From assembly GCA_963846395.1 (NCBI GenBank), contig CAWJVT010000008.1, positions 775,326-839,325 of the forward strand: 64,000 nucleotides of DNA. The letters are read 5' to 3'. The position numbers were made by a program, and so were the translations under genes. This document shows, piece by piece, positions 59,813 through 64,000 of the stretch. The notes under the pieces are model-generated. The model saw only the letters and a list, made by a program, of their open reading frames with translations, did not search any database and was not told the origin of the DNA. The stretch is from an uncultured Actinomycetota bacterium. GTDB taxonomy: Bacteria; Actinomycetota; Thermoleophilia; Solirubrobacterales; Solirubrobacteraceae. The stretch's first letter is position 1. Every line of letters starts with the position of its first letter.

Positions 59813-61891
59813 TCAGTCGTGGTTAGCGGCGGTCGTGCGCTGACGAGTGCGGAGCTGTTCGAGCGTTGAGCGCAGCACTCGGCGGGTGAGTCGTTCGAGC
59901 GGGAGCTCGTCGGGCCGAGTGTCTTGGCAGGAGATGAGCACCGCGTCAAATGACGGTCCGCCGCCGGCTGATGTGGCCGCGGCAAGCGTCTGCCTGATCG
60001 ACTCGATCGCTTGGGTGAGCGGTGGCGTGGGCTCGGCGAGCTTGAGATCATCGCGCCATGGCGCACCCTCGCCTGCGTCGGCGAGCAGATCCCAGGTGCG
60101 CTCAGGCGCGTAGGCGAGCGCCTCTGCCACACCCTCGGCCCAACCCGTGAGGACCGTGATTTCCTCGACTGTCAGAAGCGGATCACCGGGTGCGACGCGC
60201 GGGGGCTCGGTCCCGGATCCCGCGGCTACCGCCCGGATCTGTTGCACGGCGACCGCGGAGTAGTGGGTTCCAGTCGTGACCGCCCCTCGGCCGTCTGCGC
60301 TGCGCCGGGTAGCGCGGTCACCGCTCAAGGTCAGCATCACGCCGTGCGAGCCCGGTTTGAGCGATATCTCGCGCGCGCCGCGGTCGGCATCCTTGATCAG
60401 CGCGATGACGGGCGACGGGTCGTGCGTGGCCGGCTTGGAACGCTGCGCCATGCCGAACGAAGTCAGTGTCAGGACGGCTGAACCGGGATCATCAGCGAGC
60501 ACGCTCGCATACCGGGCGGCCCACCGCGACGTCAGTTGCGGTCCGTCCAACAATGCCGTGGAGACGATCGTGGGGCCAACGGCCCGGATCACCTCGGCGA
60601 CATTGTCGTTCTGTGCCAGGTCCTCACAGACGAGCGAGACGATCGTGACCTCCTCTCCCACCTGCAGGAAATGCAGCTCCATACGAGGGACGTCCATCGC
60701 CTCCCACCAGAGGACCTTGGGGTGCAAGGATCCGCCCAAGTGGTACTGGAAGATCTGCCGTTCATCCAGCGCCCACCGGTGGTGTTTGTTCTGGCGAATG
60801 TGAAACCAGGGCGCGTGCTCTGAGCCCGGCAGCAGACCGCCCTTCTCAAGCCCTGGGCTGACCCCGATGTGCAGCCAGTTGCTCCCAAACCCCTCCGGCT
60901 CCGCGGAACGCCCCCGGACTCCGGTCTGCAGATAGATCACGCCGTGGTGGTCAAGCATCGCCTCAAGGTCGGCGATCTCGCTGTCCTCGACAGCGCACTC
61001 TGGAAGGATCACGCAATCGACGCTCGCGACCTCGTCGGCGGCAGAAAGCAGCGTTCGGTCAAGTAGATCCAGATCCAGGCGTTCTGCGGGCACGAACTCA
61101 AAAAAACCGTAGGGCTCTCGCGGGACGCTCTGCACCGATCCGTCCACGGCACGAAAGTCAGACTCGCGTACTCGCAACGGCCACGGCAGCAACAGCATGT
61201 TCACGTGCTCAGCCGCCGGGCTCGTGCCCGGATGACGGGCCGGAAGCTTGTGCCACCGCGTCCGCAGACCCGGCCGCCGTACACACGCATACCGCGAGAA
61301 ACCCACTTTTCCGCTCGGCGGCGTGCGAATCCTCGGCAACACCTGAACAAATCCCGAATGGGCTCGCGCCAGCGAGCCAGTCCTCGCCAGCAGCTCACGC
61401 CCACGGGCGCGGTAGACGCATCCACGCCCATCCGAGCGGTCCAGCGCAACGAACAGGCCCGCGCAGGCCTCATCGGCGATCGCGTGTAGGGTCAGGAGCG
61501 CCTCGCACATCCGCCAGTCCTGCCCGTGCGCCAACTGCTCAAGCGCGACCGAAGCCCGCTCCCGGACCACTGCCCACTCATCGAGCACCAGCTGCGGCAG
61601 GGAGCTGTCGCGCTTCTCCACCCAGATACTCCACTCCCGGGCGGCGTCCCGGACCGCGTCACCCCAGCCGGGAACGCAATCCGGTGGCCACTGCAAGCCG
61701 GCCGGTGGAGACAAAACGAATCGATACGCCTCAGCCCGCTCCAGAATCACGTCGGTGAGCGCGAATAGATCCGGAGGCCAGTCCAGCAGCTCGTCCGAAA
61801 TTGGGCGCCCCGCCACCCCCTGCCACACTGAATCGACCGTCGGCTCATAGCTGTCGTCCTCGACCTGCCGCTCAGCGCCAGACGCACTCAT
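59813..61891 (-). CDS. large hypothetical protein (692 aa) with central carbon-nitrogen-hydrolase (nitrilase-superfamily)-like core
   Basis: Central region carries a candidate Glu-Lys-Cys triad: DCVILPE, HIRQNKHH, and IVSLVCEDL (compare the IC-W/Y-E/D motif of nitrilases). The N-terminal about 270 aa and C-terminal about 200 aa are not recognisable. Confidence 0.55.
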   Translation of the reverse strand: MSASGAERQVEDDSYEPTVDSVWQGVAGRPISDELLDWPPDLFALTDVILERAEAYRFVLSPPAGLQWPPDCVPGWGDAVRDAAREWSIWVEKRDSSLPQLVLDEWAVVRERASVALEQLAHGQDWRMCEALLTLHAIADEACAGLFVALDRSDGRGCVYRARGRELLARTGSLARAHSGFVQVLPRIRTPPSGKVGFSRYACVRRPGLRTRWHKLPARHPGTSPAAEHVNMLLLPWPLRVRESDFRAVDGSVQSVPREPYGFFEFVPAERLDLDLLDRTLLSAADEVASVDCVILPECAVEDSEIADLEAMLDHHGVIYLQTGVRGRSAEPEGFGSNWLHIGVSPGLEKGGLLPGSEHAPWFHIRQNKHHRWALDERQIFQYHLGGSLHPKVLWWEAMDVPRMELHFLQVGEEVTIVSLVCEDLAQNDNVAEVIRAVGPTIVSTALLDGPQLTSRWAARYASVLADDPGSAVLTLTSFGMAQRSKPATHDPSPVIALIKDADRGAREISLKPGSHGVMLTLSGDRATRRSADGRGAVTTGTHYSAVAVQQIRAVAAGSGTEPPRVAPGDPLLTVEEITVLTGWAEGVAEALAYAPERTWDLLADAGEGAPWRDDLKLAEPTPPLTQAIESIRQTLAAATSAGGGPSFDAVLISCQDTRPDELPLERLTRRVLRSTLEQLRTRQRTTAANHD

Positions 61892-61933
61892 GAGTCATCC
61901 CTTAGATTGTCACTTTGCGGTCTGCGTTCGGTC

Positions 61934-62626
61934 TCAGGGTTGGTGGCCCACCGCCTGCTCGATCAGCTCGATTACGGTCGCTGGCTGGGTGACCATCGCT
62001 AGGTGTCCTGACTCGACCTCTGTTGTGGTCGCGCCCATGCGTGCGGCGAACTGTCGTTCGGCGTCGGGCGGGATCGCCTCATCGTTCTTGGCAACGACGA
62101 ACCAGCTGGGCAGGTCGCGCCATGCGGGTACGCCCATCGTGTACTCGAACGTGCTCATCGAGATCGGCTGCTGGACCGCGTACAACACGCGGGCCTCGGT
62201 CGGCTCCAGATCGGCGGCGAAGTGACCGACGAAATCGTCCTCCGGGAGCCAACCGAAGCCCTGTTCATCGACTTCCAGGTTGGCGAGAGCAGGGGTCGGC
62301 GGCCCGCCGCCAAGCAAGGCCCCAAGCGACTCCCCCTCGTCAAGTCCGAAAGCGGCGACGTAGACGAGACCCACAACGTTCGGAGCCTCAGCGCCCAGCG
62401 CTGTCATGATCTGGCCGCCGTAGGAGTGGCCCGCGACGACGGTCGGTCCGTCCTGGCGGGCAAGGACTTGGCGCAGCCGTGCCACGTCCGCTTCAGTCGA
62501 AGTCTCCGGGAACTGTGGCGCGGTGACCTTATATCCCTTTGCTTGCAAGCCCCGGATGACGTTGCCCCAGCTTGATCCGTCCGCCCAAGCCCCGTGAACC
62601 AGGACGATGCCGGGTAGATCGCTCAT
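61934..62626 (-). CDS. alpha/beta hydrolase fold protein
   Basis: IVLVHGAW oxyanion region and nucleophile elbow AGHSYGG. Start taken at MSDLPG. Confidence 0.75.
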   Translation of the reverse strand: MSDLPGIVLVHGAWADGSSWGNVIRGLQAKGYKVTAPQFPETSTEADVARLRQVLARQDGPTVVAGHSYGGQIMTALGAEAPNVVGLVYVAAFGLDEGESLGALLGGGPPTPALANLEVDEQGFGWLPEDDFVGHFAADLEPTEARVLYAVQQPISMSTFEYTMGVPAWRDLPSWFVVAKNDEAIPPDAERQFAARMGATTTEVESGHLAMVTQPATVIELIEQAVGHQP

Positions 62627-62985
62627 GCGAATTCCTTCGTTCCGGTCGATCAGTCCCGTTGACCAATCATTGACCCCACACCTTACGGCGCGGCCGAACC
62701 GGCGCAGCACCTTCCGCCTTGATCGACATCCAGCAGTGACGGTTTCGTGGCAACGCACTCGCGAGGCCGAGCGGCGTCGGCGCGATTGCTATTGCGCTAA
62801 TCCAGGCGCGGAGCGGTCAGCGCCGCGAGGCTTCCCGTTCTGGCGAATCATGCGTTGTTCGCGGCTTGGGTCGGCAGTCCCGCGCTTTCGTGTCTCCGTG
62901 GAGAATCTGCAACCGCGGCAAGCGTTGTGTGAGAATTTGCGCACCAGGCGCGATGCTCACATCACACCACCAAAGGCACGCGAGG

Positions 62986-64000
62986 ATGAAGCGCTCAGTG
63001 GCAATCCGGGTTCGAGCTTGCCTGATCGGGTTCGCGTTGGCCGTACGACGTTCAAGCCGGGTCGCACGTGTGAGCCTTGGTGGGTGTGGGTGTCTGACAT
63101 TGCTGCTCGTCGCGCACCCAGCCCTCGCGACATCGGGTCCGCCGAGCGGCCAACTGCTCTGGGAGACCGCCAGAGGGTTGGTTCTCACGAATACGCGCGG
63201 CCAGGGTGCGCGTCCCCTTTCGGTGCCGCCAGGGTTCAACTGGGACGATAGCGTGGTGCTTTCACCGTCGGGAAGCAGGCTGCTCATCGCGATACCAAAC
63301 CCAAATGGCATGGGCGGGGTGAGCAACGCGGCCGGGGTCAGTTTTTTCCTGACAGATGTGAATACCGGACGTACGCGTCCATTTGGGCAGCTTTCCTCGC
63401 TGATGGGGCTTCCCGGGCCGAGGAACGCCTATGAAACTGGTCAGGCGGCGTTCTCGCCGGACGGCAAAACGATCGCCTTCGTTTTTGATGTCTACGCGGG
63501 TCCGGGCAACGGTATCCGCGCGGGCATCGTGTTCATAAGCGTCCCAAGCGGACACGTGAGCAGGCCAATCCGCTTCTCTGCGGGACCGCCGGAGCCGGGG
63601 GGGTTTCAGTGGTTGCCCGGCGGTCGCTTTCTGTTTCTCACCATATCCGGGGTCGAAACTGTGTCCAGGACCGGAACCGGAGTGCGGTCGGTTACTACCA
63701 GCCTTGCAGCATCGGACACATATGAGCTGGCCGCGGTCTCGCCTAGTGGTTCGGAGTTGGCGATCGAGGCGGAGACAGGAGAAGCCTGTCCGCTTCGTTC
63801 CAGTTTTTGTAGTAGAGCTGTGTTCGTAACGCCGACCGTTGGCGGGCAAGCGAAACGGCTCGCCCGCTCCGCGTTGGCCCCGGATGTGTGGTCACCTGAT
63901 AGCAGGTATCTCGCCACCCAGATCCCCACCGGGACTGGGACTAATACGGGGACCAACGTGACAAAGCTGATCACAGTCGCGACCGGGCACACGATTACGG
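62986..64000 (+). CDS. secreted TolB-like/PD40 beta-propeller repeat protein, 3' end beyond window; atypical codon usage
   Basis: Not in the ORF table (no stop before window end), translated by hand: MKRSVAIRVRACLIGFALAV...LLLVAHPALA signal peptide, then repeated FSPDGK / WSPDSR / VSPSGSE motifs. Lower GC3 than the host genes. Confidence 0.5.
   Translation, partial: MKRSVAIRVRACLIGFALAVRRSSRVARVSLGGCGCLTLLLVAHPALATSGPPSGQLLWETARGLVLTNTRGQGARPLSVPPGFNWDDSVVLSPSGSRLLIAIPNPNGMGGVSNAAGVSFFLTDVNTGRTRPFGQLSSLMGLPGPRNAYETGQAAFSPDGKTIAFVFDVYAGPGNGIRAGIVFISVPSGHVSRPIRFSAGPPEPGGFQWLPGGRFLFLTISGVETVSRTGTGVRSVTTSLAASDTYELAAVSPSGSELAIEAETGEACPLRSSFCSRAVFVTPTVGGQAKRLARSALAPDVWSPDSRYLATQIPTGTGTNTGTNVTKLITVATGHTIT

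Noticed and set aside
59236-60132. 298-aa minus-strand ORF spanning the intron 3' end
   Set aside because: Antisense to the IEP C-terminus and to intron domains V-VI. Arg/Ser/Pro-rich. Overlaps the start of the better-supported 692-aa gene.
1-64000. CRISPR arrays, rRNA genes, prophage structural genes
   Set aside because: No regularly spaced direct repeats, no rRNA-like conserved stretches, and no phage structural or terminase-like ORFs were seen on either strand.

Overview
High-GC (roughly 70% by eye) chromosomal segment with Actinobacteria-type gene organisation. Genes are densely packed, and many neighbours overlap by ATGA/GTGA, which suggests translational coupling.

Content in order:
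- 1-4.3 kb: GH3 glycosidase 3' part, a small PRC-barrel-like ORF, a frameshifted LapA-like gene, a twice-frameshifted metallophosphoesterase, and a UPF0104 membrane protein.
- 4.3-13.4 kb: complete hopanoid biosynthesis cluster on the minus strand (hpnH, an hpnG-ispH fusion, hpnE, hpnD, hpnC, shc) with a divergent hpnO aminotransferase.
- 13.4-21.5 kb: long minus-strand block of S53 sedolisin-like peptidase, purple-acid-phosphatase-like metallophosphoesterase, a MacB/FtsX-type ABC pair and an ABC-2 pair. A NarL-type two-component system is divergent from it, with a 25-bp inverted repeat in the shared promoter region.
- 23.5-26.3 kb: GGDEF(degenerate)-EAL protein preceded by two tandem PilZ paralogs.
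- 26.4-31.1 kb: lipid module (LLM-family oxidoreductase, acyl-CoA ligase, KAS II, SDR).
- 31.2-34.8 kb: NfeD-like OB-fold ORF plus a flotillin without a membrane anchor, a 2-TM membrane protein, an HhH-GPD protein, and an atypical-composition lipoprotein.
- 34.8-40.9 kb: SAM methyltransferase, then an Lrp / leucine-dehydrogenase-like / fused indolepyruvate-ferredoxin-oxidoreductase-family catabolic module.
- 40.9-44.1 kb: RibD-C (DHFR-like) and BNR-repeat secreted proteins, and a PLP decarboxylase.
- 44.2-44.5 kb: tRNA-Gly(TCC) and tRNA-Trp(CCA).
- 44.5-64 kb, apparently accessory: low-GC gap, BAAT-type lipoprotein, MoxR-DUF58 convergent with a Bat-like VWA operon that carries a ~330-aa Ser/Gly/Ala-rich disordered region, a truncated IS110 transposase next to a tRNA-like fragment, an ECF41-sigma/VOC pair, a group II intron with an intact RT-maturase-HNH ORF and a recognisable domain V, a 692-aa hypothetical protein with a nitrilase-like core, an alpha/beta hydrolase, and a partial TolB-like beta-propeller gene of atypical codon usage.

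At least eight apparent single-base frameshifts cluster in the first 16 kb (LapA-like, metallophosphoesterase x2, hpnE x2, shc, S53 peptidase, second metallophosphoesterase). No CRISPR array or rRNA was seen.
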